A stretch of DNA of 64,000 nt from Perna viridis (Eukaryota): NCBI GenBank assembly GCA_037379345.1, contig CM074516.1, forward strand, positions 23,560,001 through 23,624,000. Reading direction: 5' to 3'. The position numbers and the translations under genes are program-made. This document shows positions 1 through 12,004 of the stretch, piece after piece. The notes under the pieces were generated by a model. That model was not told where the DNA came from. It saw only the letters and a list, made by a program, of their open reading frames with translations, and searched no databases. The stretch's first letter is position 1; each line of letters opens with the position of its first letter.

Positions 1-228
1 AGCGCGTAGAAACATTTCAACAAATAGTATAAATAGTACAAACGTTCAAGTGTGTACAGAAATTAATGATGACAATTCGCCGAATTCTGAAAAGGAAGCG
101 AGTGAGGTTGATACTACTGATATTCCTTCTGGCTAACGTTGGATAATAGCAGTGATGCGGTCCAAAGAAGCTCGCGTAGAGATCTGAATGTTGTCGCAAA
201 TACGTCATCTAATATGGCGGCGCCCATG
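1..228. mobile_element. Possible end of a DNA-transposon insertion interrupting the gag 5' region
   Basis: Non-coding sequence ending in aatatggcggcgcccatg, directly before gag-like coding sequence resumes (~229). The other end lies outside the window, so TIR/TSD cannot be checked. Confidence 0.25.
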
Positions 229-256
229 AAAAACAACATTGTGACTGGTAAACTCT

Positions 257-2222
257 ATGCAGACGATGCAACAAACTATGCTAGGTCTTCAGCAGACAGT
301 GATGAAATTAATTCATAATGATAAGAACTCTCAAATCAGTGGAGACCAGAACAATTTGTCCACGGCGTTGGCAGCTTTTAGGAATGGAAATTCCACTGAA
401 ACGACAAACAGTCAGCAGCCTTTCCCACATGGTGGGTATCGCTTTCCAAACTCTGAATTTGAAGTCCCAACCGAATGTATTCCCCACTTAGATGTGGTGC
501 CTGAAATCCTTAAAAAGCGTATTTGGGATGGCAAATACATTAATCTTGCAAGTTTGTTAATCCCCCGTATTGAACATGATAAAACTTGTGTACAGGAACA
601 GGGGTCAATCACACTCAATATGTCAGGTCATGAGGATACAAGATTACATAAAGTGCTTACAATTAGTGAGTTTATCACCGCCTTTGGCAAATTTAAAAGC
701 AATGACGGTCCTAGAACAACAAACCATTTAGAGGGGTGGCATAACAAATTGAAGAAAAAAGTCAACAACGCACATCCAAACATCTTCACCGTTATCCGTA
801 TGTTCAAAGATATTCAGGCTGCAAATGAGATCAAGCAAATCCAACACAACGCCGGCGGAACTATTCGACCAAAAACCAAGAACTACCGTACAATTGACAG
901 CAGATTAGTGCAGCTGAAAGAAAGACTCACACATGGTAACATCACAGTTATTCAATATGCTGACACAGCATCACATCTTCTCCATTTAGAGTGATATGTG
1001 ACATTGACTTTAGATACTATTTGTGACATTTAAGTTCTTGATATATGAAAGTCTAGTGCAGTATGTCTAATTGTATGTTTGTGCTACTTTATTTATTTCA
1101 ATGGTATGCAATTTTGTTTAAATTGTTGGATATGAATACTTTTGTTACCTTGCCTAATTTAATTAATCATAAATGTATGTGCTTTATCAGTGCTTATTTC
1201 AAGTTTAATGTTGTTGAATAAATTATATATATTTCCACAAAGTTTCTTTTTCTCTTTTGACTTGAATTAAATTGATCAGTGGACAACAGGAAGCAGATAC
1301 TTAATACAAAATTATGGAGTAAAAGCACATGAGACCACAATACAGAGTATATAGTTATTTTAACCGACATTTCCAAAAAAACAAAACAGTTATACCAAAC
1401 ATAGCCATTAAGAAAGACAAGAAAATACACATTGAATTGCACTTAGACCACAATACAGGGTGTATACTTATTTCAATGAACTTATTCCAAAAAACAAAAC
1501 AGTTATACTAAACATAACCATTAAAAAGACTAGAAAAAAATCACATTGAATTGCCAACAAACAGTAAAACAGACTATAGGTAATTATCTATTGTTCTCTA
1601 ATTAGTGTCATTACATCTGCATTCCCATTCTGCCCACAATATTTTTACCTGTAAATTTCAAAAGTGGGCAGAACGGGAACACACCTTTAAAAGGGTAATG
1701 TGCATCAAATTTCCACAAAGGCGCATATAATTAGACAGCCAGTATGAAGCCAACATAATTGATATTTTCAATGTGTATGGTCCAAAATTTTATGATTACC
1801 ATTGTCAGTTTTCCGCCCGCGCAGGGGCAGCTTTGAAAGATTTTAACATCAAAGTAGATTGGTCCATCAAGGACACATCACTATTGAGTATGGTCACAGG
1901 CAATGCAAGGGTTAACACATGCTCTTATTGTTCATCTTACATCTTTCTGTCCTCAGCTAGGGACACAAAATCCAACTAATTTCCTCCTAAATTAAAGGCA
2001 AATGTGAGTGTGAAGGATAGTGACCGTTATGGCCGGAAAAGGATAATGTTTAACGATCAAGAAATTTGTAACAATTTCAATGACAATAAATGTAACAGGC
2101 AACAGTGTTCATATTCACATTTATGTTCTGTGTGCTTCTCTAACAATCACGGTTCTTCTTCTTGTACCAAGAGAAAATCACAAAAACAAAACCATACAGA
2201 ATTTGCCACCACCAGCAAGTGA
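257..2222 (+). pseudogene. gag: Ngaro gag (split by MULE insertion; internal stops)
   Basis: IWDGKYINLASLL...LTISEFITAFGKFK up to 699 continues at 1694 as RVMCIKFPQRR*LDSQYEANII..YGPKFYDYHCQFSARA. Ends with CNNFN..C....C...H.CS.C....H....C before TGA at 2220-2222. Confidence 0.8.
700..1685 (+). mobile_element. 5'-deleted Mutator-like (MULE) DNA transposon fragment
   Basis: Transposase C-terminal motif RTTNHLEGWHNKL..HPNIF. Right end ...gtgggcagaacgggaacacacc with a subterminal fold-back (1624-1637 vs 1664-1677). Flanked by direct repeat tttaaaag at 692-699 and 1686-1693. Confidence 0.75.
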
Positions 2223-3864
2223 CTAGCTACATGTACTTCACATACCGAAGTTGATACCCTTGTTCATGTTAGTGTTTTGCAACAGGAACTGCTAAAACAA
2301 CCAGATAGAGAGTTTGGAACTACTTATGTAATGGCCTTGTTTATGGCTTTGACACCTTAATATCGGATGAAGATGTACCTAGTAAAGAGTGTAAAAATCT
2401 ACGTTCAGCAATTACACAACCAGAAATAGTAGATAAACTCATAGAAAGTGAAGTAAACAAAGGTTTTTTACAAGGTTCATTTGTTACTTTGCCTTTTGCC
2501 AAATACAGAGTAAGTCCTATTGGTGTGGCTAAAGGGCAATATTCAGGGAAACATAGACTTATAGTAGACTTATCTTCTCCTCATGAGGACGACACACATC
2601 AGAGTGTAAATGACATGATTGATAAGGAACAATGCTCTTTGTCTTATGTTCGTATAGATGATGCTATTAAAATAATACAAAACTTAGGTAGGAATACATC
2701 AATGTGTAAAACGGACATTTCTGATGCGTTTAAACTTATGCCGATTGTTCCTTCTCAGTGGCATTTGTTTTGTCTTAAATGGAGAGATAGTTATTATTAC
2801 TATACTAAACTTGCCTTTGGCTGTCGCTCATCACCACAATTTTTTGACATGCTTTCACAAGCAATTTGTTGGATAGCTGAGAACAACTATGATATTCAGT
2901 TTATTTTACATCTTCTTGATGATTTTATTACTTTTGAGCATCCTAAAAATGTAGTCAAAGAAACATGGACCTTTTGTATACAATATTTGGTAGACTTAAT
3001 GTTCTTATGGCTAAGCATAAGACAACTGGCCCAGATACTGTTATGGGATATTTAGGCATTATCTTGGATTCTAGTTTAATGCAGGCTAGGCTACCACGTG
3101 AGAAACTACTACGTATTACTGCCTTTTTAACAAAATTTTCGTCCGAGAAATCCTGCACAAAACGGGAACTCTTACAACTGCTTGGTCATCTTAATTTTGC
3201 GTCCCGTGTTGTAATTCCTGGCAGAGCTTTTGTGTCACATTTAATTAAATTGTCAACTACTGTTCGAGCTTTACATCATTAAGTTAAGATAAATAAAGAG
3301 TGCCGAGAAGACATTAGAATGTGGCGTTATTTTTTATGTAATTGGAATAGTGTCAGCATGTTTTACAATGCCGAAAGTATTCCATCTGATGAATTGTGTC
3401 TGTATACAGATGCTTCAGGAACTAAAGGTTTTGGAGGATATTACAATAGTTGTGGTTTTCTGAAGCATGGCCATCAATGTTTCTAGATGTATTAGCGGAG
3501 GACAGTACCTTCTCAATAGCTTTCAAGGAACTGTACCCCATAGTAGTGGCTGCCATCTTGTGGGAGCATTTGTGGCAAACACAAAGAATAGTGTTTATGT
3601 GTGATAATGAGGCTACAGTAGCTATCTTAAAGAAAGGCAGATCAAAATCACAACATATTATGCCCTTAATGAGACGACTCACTTTAGTTGCCGCTCAATA
3701 TAACTACTTTCATGTCTAAACATGTGCCAGGTAAATACAATTCAATAGCAGATGCTTTGTCTCGTTTGCAGATGTACAGATTCCGCCAACTTGCGCCAGA
3801 GGCTCAGAGCCTATCATGCACAGTGCCTCCACCTCAACATATGCTTTGGAACTCTACAATGTAG
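2223..3864 (+). pseudogene. pol: Ngaro pol: reverse transcriptase + RNase H (frameshifted)
   Basis: ORF pieces 2489-3055, 2965-3282 and 3450-3719 carry RLIVDLS, KTDISDAF, LAFGCRSSP, HLLDDF, YLGI.LDS, LLGHLNFAS, YTDASG, KELYPIV and CDNEATV; HVPG..N.IADALSR follows. Confidence 0.9.
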
Positions 3865-4846
3865 TGGATCAATTGTGGTATAAATCTATCTCAAGTAAAA
3901 CTAGACAAGTGTACCAAGCTGGCTTTAAGGCTTATGTGAATTTTTTGCTATTAACGGGGGTTGTAGCTTTTATAGTACCAGAGTATTCTAATGTAAAAGT
4001 TGATGAAGAAACCCTACTACTTTTCGTAGCTTATTGTACTAGTAAACTACTGATAAGTTATAGCACTATAAAGTCTTATTTATGTGGCATTAGGTTTAAG
4101 TGTTTAGAATTAAATATTGGTTATCCTCATGTTCTTGAACTCAGACGCCTTAAGACAATTATCAATGGTGTCAAACGGACTCAATCAATTACTTCTAAGC
4201 CTAGATATCCTATCACTTTTGATATTTTAGAAAAAAGTTTGTCTATGGCTGCGTCAAGAAAGTAGCTATGAAAATTTATTTTGCTTGAAGCCATGTGTAC
4301 AATAGCATTTTTGGGGTTTTTAAGATGTGGCGAGTTTACAGTAGATAGTGCTGAGAATTTTGATCCAGAATTTCATTTATGTGTTTCAGATTTGATGATT
4401 ATGACTGATGATGTGTACATCTTAAACTCAAAATTTCCAAAACAGATCCTTTTAGACAAGGTGTGACAATAAAATTGTTCGAGACAGGCAAGGATATATG
4501 TCCTCATAAAACATGTTGTATGTATATGAAGAAAAGGCTACAAAATAATCCATCTCTAGACACTCCATTGTTTGTAAATATATATGGAAATGCTATTTCA
4601 AGATCTTACTTTTTAAATATGTTGAAACATACCATGGACATTTTAGGCTATGATTCTACATGTTATAATGGTCATTCTTTCCGCATTGGGGCCGCATCAA
4701 CTGCAGGCAGGGTCTGTGTTGAGGACCATCTAATTAAGCTTTTGGGTCGATGGTCCTCAGATACTTATTGTAGATATATCAAAACTTCAGACTCGGCGAT
4801 CAAAAATGCACTAAAAGCTTTAGCTACTTATAATCCTCATGATTGA
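3816..4846 (+). pseudogene. Tyrosine recombinase of the Ngaro element (2 frameshifts)
   Basis: ORFs 3816-4265, 4281-4466 and 4463-4846 join into a YR: TIKSYLCGIR, FLGFLRCGEF, KTDPFRQG (across a frameshift), GHSFRIGAAS, LGRWSSDTYCRY. Confidence 0.9.
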
Positions 4847-5058
4847 GTTTATTTACTGCATCATATACACAAGTGTGTAACAACATCTTCAATTTTTCAG
4901 TATGAATTTAGTATTCACTGGGTTAATTTTAAGTTAGTTTCAAGATTTTCAAGATTTTATTGATACACTCAGACACAATTAAGATAACATGAGGTCAATA
5001 ATAAATATATAAATACACAATGACAGGAAGAATAAGTTGACAGAAAGTAATACAATAA

Positions 5059-8000
5059 TCATAGAAAATATTTGTTAAGTTTGCTTACAAAAGTTGCAAT
5101 ATAAGATAACAATTTTACATGACAAAAAGTTAACATTCCTTTCATCTTATAAACACTGGGATTCACATAATAATACCTTGGTATGTATGTTTGCCTAAGC
5201 TGAACAATAGATTCATTATCACAGATAAATAGATAGTGGTACTCATCTCCTATACCAATCCTACACAGAGGACATATCCTCTCATGTCGAGGGGTCTTAT
5301 TCCATCTACCCGTTTCGATTGGTAGTTTTAGATTACATGTTCTTAATTTCGTAATATATTTTCTTTTTGAGTCCGGCAGCCGTAAGAGGTATTCTCGATG
5401 CCAAAATCTGTTTTAAAATTTTCATAAAAATCCCCTTTAGATGAATTCACTATATTCGAAAACCAACTCTGAATAAACTGATTCCTAAAGCGGTTATACA
5501 AAACAGGCTTTAGAGTATTCCATTCAATGTGTAGTTGATTTGCAAATATGTATCCAAGGCCAGTATTGTCAAATAAGGATCTGATGTGGGCAATCCATCT
5601 AAAGTTCATGCCTTCGTTAATGTTTAAAGCTAGCATCAACTTGTAAAGAATGCTACTAAGTTTTGTCTCATTCTTTAAAAGTCTACACCAGAACGAGACC
5701 ATTCTCATATTTGCTCGAACATGTAATGGGTGACGTCCAAGTTCTCCATACACCATGAAGTCTGGGGTCGAAGGTCTGAGATTGAGTATCCTTTTACAAA
5801 ACTGTAGGTGCACTCTTTCAATTATCTCAAGATTCTCGTAACCCCAGACCTCAGTTCCATAGAGTAAAATAGGTTTAACCAAGGAGTCAAATAGCTTAAG
5901 TTGCACATCTACAGGTATACTATGGTTTCTAATTTTTTTGAATATAGAAAGCAAAGATTTTTGTGATTGCTCGACAAGTTTTTTTCTTGCATCGCTAAAA
6001 TTGCCGTTAAATTTAAAAACAATACCAAGGGATGTCAGCGAATCAACAATATCTAACTCTATACCATTTAGTTAAAATACAGGATTATTTCTGGATTTAC
6101 GTTTGCTAAAAATAATAACTTTAGTTTTTGATACATTTACCGAAAGCTTCCATTTAGTACAAAATTCTTGAAAAATATCAAGTGCTTTCTGCATTCCTTC
6201 TTCAGATTCAGAAAAAATAACTGTATCATCAGCATATAACAATACAAAAATTTTAATTAAATGGTGAAGTTTGTTTTCAATTTTCTCTTTAATGACTGTC
6301 AATGGTAGAACATTAAGATCTTCAAGTACTTTTCTAAGTCATTTAGAAATATTGAGAAAAGAAAAGGTGAAAGGTTTTCACCTTGTCTAACACCATTCAG
6401 ACACAGAAAAAAAATCAGAAGTCTGGTTGTTAAATGACACACAAGATTTAATATTATCTTACATGTTATAGATTATTCGGAAACACTTTCCCTTGATACC
6501 ATAATTTTGTAACTTTTTCCAAAGACCAACTCGCCATACAGTGTCGAAAGCTTTGCGAAAATCGACAAATGTGCAATATAATTTTTTACCATAAGTCAAA
6601 TATAATGAAATCAGGGCATGCATAATAAAAATATTATCTGTGGTTGAGTAACCCTTCCTGAAGCCGGATTGACATTTAGAAATAATATCAAACTCACTAG
6701 AAAGAAAGTTTAATCTACTGTTGATAATTAATGTAAATAATTTACCTAAGCAGCTAATTAGTGTAATAGCTCGGTAATTATCTGGATCATTTGGATCACC
6801 TTTATTCTTGTATATCGGACGAATAATTCCATTTAACCAGGTATCTGGCACAATACCAGAATCAAACACAATATTAAAAAGTTTACAAAAAATAGAGACG
6901 AGATGCGGCGAGGAACATTTAAAATATTCATTTACAAATTCGTCGATACCTGAAGCTTTACCATTCTTTAACCCTTTAATTGCTTCATTTACTTCATCTT
7001 CAGTTATCTCCCCATTAATAATTACATCATAAAGATCATTGTCGCATATGTTATCAAGGAAAGCGTCCGAATCATCTTCATGAACAACATCTTCACTGGT
7101 ATCATTTAATTTCTTAAAGTATTCATATAATTTATCAATATCAGTATTAGCATCGTTCTTATTTGAAAAGTTCATATTATTAAGTATTTTCCACATTTCT
7201 TTGGGATCAGATTCAGAGGTTTGTCTAAGTTTTGTTGCATTCTGCTCTTGAAAAAGTTCAAAACTTTTGTTCATAGCATTTCGAAACTCTTTTGCTTTTA
7301 GATTTAATTCATTTTTGACTTGATCTGATTTATCATGTTTATATTTATCTCTGAGTTTATTAAATTCTTTGCGTTTTTCAGCACAAGTTTTATTAAACCA
7401 TGGTTTTGACTTATTATGATCATTTAATCTCTTTTTAGGAGTGTGTGTCCCAAATGTATTTTTCGCATTATCAACAAAAATATTTTGAAGATCTAAAAAC
7501 AAATCATCTATAACACCTTTGGTAATGGTTTCTATACAAACGGAGTTGACCTTTTCATTTAATTCTTTAATGCAATCATTTTCATCTGAATTAAGATTAT
7601 TCACAAACTCTTGACTCTTCACCTGATTCCATTTAATAATTTTTTTTCCCTTCACTAACTTTAGCACACCATTATCATGCTTGTCATTTTTGGACAAGAT
7701 AGTAAAGTGTATTCTATTGTGTATGTTAGAGAACATGGGATTAAAATCACATATTTCAAACTCTATAATATATTGGATTAACAATGGGAACATAATTAGA
7801 TAATCAACAGTGCTAATGTTTTTGCTAGTTGTTTTACCACAAAGTTTATCAGCATGTAATCTACCATTAACTATAAATAAAGAACACCGTTTACAAAGAT
7901 CTAATAATTTGTGTCCATATGGATTAATTCTACCTTCATCCTTGTTAGATCTTTCAACAGGAATACCTATATTTTCTAAAATTTTGTGAGTATACATGTT

Positions 8001-8490
8001 TTCAGTTAAATCGTCATCTACAATATGGAGTATTTCTTCTAACAAATTTTCATCAGGTGTAACATAATCTGGAAGTCGGGCGGTTCTTGCATTAAAGTCG
8101 CCAACTAGTGACACATACTTCGATTTTTGTGAAAAATTAATGATGTCATTTTCTAGTTCAATAAAGGAATTTTCTACCCATTGAACAACATCTGATTCTG
8201 AATCAATAAACTTAATAAAGTTAGATAAACACTTTTTGTAAATAATAATAATACCCCCAGATTTACGTTTACACCCTCTCCGATTTTTACAATAAAAAAG
8301 ATAATCGTTTGGTAAATCTATAGTATCAAGTTCGTCTAGTTTTGTTTCAACAAAAATAAGTACATCATATTTTAATATGAGTTCTGAAAAGTCAGGATTT
8401 AACAATTTCGATTTTAATCCACATACATTAAGATATGTAACATTTAGTTTTTTATCGTAACAGTTTAATTCATTGGGATTTAAATGTCCA
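5059..8490 (-). pseudogene. LINE ORF2: AP endonuclease + reverse transcriptase (few stops/frameshifts)
   Basis: LNVCGL, ETKL, GDFNAR, VDYLI (APE); NYRAITL, QSGFR, FVDFRKAFD, LYADD (RT); C-terminal IETGRW..R.C.LC...DEYHYLF.C. Confidence 0.9.
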
Positions 8491-8542
8491 GTTTATTGTT
8501 TACAGATGTTTCGTTGGTATTGATTGTGTCCGAGTGACTGTC

Positions 8543-9718
8543 CTATTTACTCAAGTCGACGTGGGGTCCCTCAGGGGTTGCGCTTTCATATGGTTTGCCA
8601 TTTATCAAGATTTTGTCATATACCATTTTAGCGTTTACGCCTTGCCTTTTAAATTGTTTGAGTTCTGGTAATAACGCTCTGCGTCTATTTGCAATTTCTG
8701 TTGGGTACTGCTGATTTACGGTGTAGCCTCTTTTTCCTTTAAGGGCCCTTGGTACAGCTCTTAAAACTCGTTCATGATCACTATATTTTGTAAATCTAGC
8801 TATGATGTTCCTTGGTTTGTCATCGTTTCGCTGACCCAATTGGAATTGTATGCCTTCCACGTTTTCAATATGAAGTTGTCTTTCTAGAAACTCACGAATT
8901 ACCACCTCAGTATTTTCATCTTCATTGGTTTGTCTAATTCCACCAAATATCAGGTTATACTTAATAGAGTGACTTTGAAGTTTCAAAAAGTCTTCTCTCA
9001 AGTTATAGTTTTCAGCCTCAAGATATTGGTTTTGTCGTTCCAGCTCTTGAGTTCTGTCTTCTATTTCATGATGATGCTTTTCCTGTCTTGTAGTAATTTC
9101 ACCTTGATTTTTCTGAGCCTGCTTTATATTGTCAATCTCACCTCTCATGTTGATGATATTTTCTTCCAGTGCATCAAATCTCCTGGAGATTGAGTCTAGA
9201 ACATCAAGCTTCTGTAATTTTTCATGTAGGATAGATTCAATATGTTGCATCTTTTGTGAGATTATATGAATATCTTTAACAATATTTACAGATTGCATAT
9301 TATCTAAAGTTGGTGGTGCACATACAGAGTATGTTTTGTTTGGATTCAATGATGTCATTTGAGGGATCTGCATGTATTCTTTGTTCACAGTGTTTAGAGG
9401 AGGAGGTGGCACTGGCTGTTGAGTATAATTATACTGTGGTGGTTGTATAATGTTTTGATTTGGTACAGGTGTGCTGTGTTGAATATGTGGTTGGACTGGT
9501 GTAGATTGAAACACAAGTTGCTGTGGCTGGACAGGGGATCCTGTTATGTTGAAATTAGGAGCTTTATATAAGGTCTCATGAGCTTGGGCTATAACATTTG
9601 AGGTCTCATTTTGTTGTTGTTGTTGTATGGAGGCCGCCATATTTGACTTGAATGGTGGTGTCTCCCCTGAGTGGCTAAGATCGTTTTTCTTTCGCTTCTG
9701 GTTAGTTTTCGTATTCAT
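8543..9718 (-). CDS. LINE ORF1p (Q/P-rich N-terminus, coiled coil, L1-ORF1-like RRM/CTD)
   Basis: Open 391-aa ORF upstream of ORF2 with a heptad coiled coil and NLIFGGI, PRNIIARF and VNQQYP..I..RR..L motifs. Confidence 0.85.
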   Translation of the reverse strand: MNTKTNQKRKKNDLSHSGETPPFKSNMAASIQQQQQNETSNVIAQAHETLYKAPNFNITGSPVQPQQLVFQSTPVQPHIQHSTPVPNQNIIQPPQYNYTQQPVPPPPLNTVNKEYMQIPQMTSLNPNKTYSVCAPPTLDNMQSVNIVKDIHIISQKMQHIESILHEKLQKLDVLDSISRRFDALEENIINMRGEIDNIKQAQKNQGEITTRQEKHHHEIEDRTQELERQNQYLEAENYNLREDFLKLQSHSIKYNLIFGGIRQTNEDENTEVVIREFLERQLHIENVEGIQFQLGQRNDDKPRNIIARFTKYSDHERVLRAVPRALKGKRGYTVNQQYPTEIANRRRALLPELKQFKRQGVNAKMVYDKILINGKPYESATPEGPHVDLSK

Positions 9719-9929
9719 TTAAATGTTCAGTTGATGTTCAAATGTTTAAAATACATCAATATCACTCTAAGCACTTATAACTCTTCATAAAACACACAAG
9801 AATAGTCTTTTTATGTACAGCGTATACTTCTGTCAACTCACTCATCCGCCATTTTTTTCCTAGTTAGTACTATTTACGTTGTTGTACCTATAGTTAATTA
9901 GTTTTATCTGGATCATCCTTATATTTAAT

Positions 9930-10418
9930 TTTGGGGCACTCAGATTGCATAATTACAACAATGTATACAATCTGATTTTTGGCCGTTTTAATTAATTTTT
10001 AGAGTAAGGGATTACCTAATTAATTAATCCCCAAAATTTTTCATGTTTCTTCATTTAATTTAGTGTAAAATTACATGCTTTAGGGTTCACACTACATGTA
10101 TTTTAGGCATTATCTGGAGGTTATGCTCTTTCTACTATGGTCTTGTACAACACACTTGCTTGTCTTCCGGCTCTTGTAGTTCCAGTTACACCGAGTAGCA
10201 TTTGGCCACGCTTCCGGCTCTTGTAGCTAACTACACCGAGTTGACAAGTAAGCAATTAGTTAGAGCATCATTTCAAGCTGCATTACTAACAATGTTTTTC
10301 CGGCTCTTGTAACCTATGCTGCATCGATACATCTATTCATCGGATCTTGTAGCATGTTCAGCTGTTACACCGAGTTAAGCATTGTTAGTAAGACTTTCAA
10401 TACTGAGTCTGCCCCAAA
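9930..10418 (+). ncRNA. Candidate structured cis-RNA in the Ngaro 3' region (4 copies of CGGCUCU-UGUA-loop-UACA-CCGAG in nested stems)
   Basis: Long-range stem 9930-9947/10398-10418. Enclosing stems 10155-10164/10243-10252 and 10283-10294/10380-10391. Motif copies start at 10168, 10215, 10301 and 10341. Confidence 0.6.
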
Positions 10419-12004
10419 GCCAAACTTGAGTATAAAAATTAATGTTTTGTAATGGTAAGATTATTATTTTTGTGTAACGATATTGTTAAACTTTGTATAT
10501 ATGTTTTGTTTTGAACTAGTAATAGACTTATTAACCTTTAAATTTAGTTGGGTTTTAATTATTTTGACACGAGGAAGTGAATACATGGATATGATAACAG
10601 ATTTCCTACAACAGATCACCTTTTCACTTCTAAGGGCATAGGCGGATAATACAGATCAGACTATTCATATGAACAACACAACAGCCAAAATACTATAAGG
10701 CGGTGATATTCTTAAAGTCATGGCCTAACTGAGGTAGGGGGAAACAATGCAGTCAAGCTATTCGCAGAAGGCCTGCAACTATTTATGCAGCTATTCATTT
10801 AGTTCATTAGTCTTTCATATAGAGGGTCAAGGTAATTAGGTCGAGGAATGTGGATGTAGGATAGGGCTATACAATTCACCGGAACAAATACATTAAACTT
10901 ATTAGGATGATACTTCAGTCTAAGTCACAAGTCATACATTGTACATGTAGGTGTCCTGTAGTTATCATGAGAACTCCCTTTTCATATCATAGATGGCACG
11001 TTAATAACTTAAGGTTACATCTAATTCTGATTTTAACGACATAAACATCATTACGACACAGTAAAACTCATGATTTAGGCAATCATAATTAAGATAATGA
11101 TGTAACAAATCCGATCAATTCAGGAGCTCAGATATATATTTTTTTTTTGGGGGGGGGAGGGGTTACAATTACTATAAAATCGTTAAAGGAGGAACTTTCA
11201 GAATTTCTTCTATATCACCCATTATTGTCTTTTCTTTAATAAAAAAACGTAATTTAAACATGCTTTTGTGTGATACAGTACATTTATATATAGATGTTTT
11301 CATATGAGCCGAAGTAATAAACACTGGAACTTTTCCAAATCAAGAAACGTGAAAATTGCCACACCCACCCATGAAAAAAAAACATCCTCAACATGAACCA
11401 AAATGTTAAATGTTAAGTATTTGGCTTTTAAACGGGTGTACAAAAGACATGTTGGGTAATAATATTTTAATCATCGATATAGCCAACATATCTACTCATG
11501 TTAGGCGCGTATTTTTCTATTTCAATATTGAGTTTTTCCTAAAAAGGAGAATATATTTCTTCCATTTTACCAGTAATAGCCATTTTTTGTCAATTATCGT
11601 ACTTAAAACAAGCACATTCAAGCATTATAAAGTTTTATGTTTCTGTGTTATATATATTAATCTAACAGTTACGCGCTTATAAAGGATGTGTTAGACTTGT
11701 ATCACAGAACGTAAAACCTAGTACGTGTACATTGGAATGGTGCTTCATTGGAAATTCCCGACTCAAAGTGTTAAATTCAGAACAATAAAGTCTCGAAAAT
11801 GCTTTTTCAACGACTTTGGTTGCTATTTTTTAACACTATTCCTCTGATTTTTCACAAATTCGCATTTCTGAGAAAACGGTGGTTTTTTCCTACAGATTCC
11901 AATGTAAATTTCTGACATTTGAACACATTTGAAATTGGCCCTACTCGTCGTCAGAATCCTGGGGAAAAAGTCCTCTCAAATGTATTTATTTATAATCAAC
12001 GTAT

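Larger units (their letters stand above)
4939..9861 (-). mobile_element. Full-length non-LTR retrotransposon (RTE-X-like LINE)
   Basis: ORF1 plus APE-RT ORF2. The 3' end has AATAAA followed by tandem aaatcttga. The 5' end is aggaaaaaaatggcgg. 7-bp TSD agttagt at 4932-4938 and 9862-9868. Clade assigned from the tail and C-terminal motif only. Confidence 0.88.
229..10420 (+). mobile_element. Ngaro/DIRS-type tyrosine-recombinase retrotransposon (decayed, with nested insertions)
   Basis: Ordered gag (Cys/His knuckle), RT (HLLDDF), RNase H (YTDAS, ELYP, CDN, ADALSR) and an overlapping YR (HSFRIGAAS, LGRWSS..Y..Y). The 3' region resumes after the LINE at 9862 and runs to ...gccccaaagc. The 5' end and terminal repeats are not visible in the window. 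Confidence 0.9.

Noticed and set aside
10165-10375. Repeat-spacer pattern as a mini-CRISPR or known ribozyme
   Set aside because: The intervening segments are short and base-paired, and no hammerhead, twister or HDV core is found on either strand. Kept as an unclassified structured RNA.
10420-11000. Ngaro split direct repeats (B1-A2-B2)
   Set aside because: No clear duplicated block is visible and the A1 repeat would lie upstream of the window, so it cannot be supported.
11183-11980. Possible TTAA-flanked DNA element (also 52013 onward)
   Set aside because: A ttaaagga start is visible, but I found no convincing matching right TIR or TSD.
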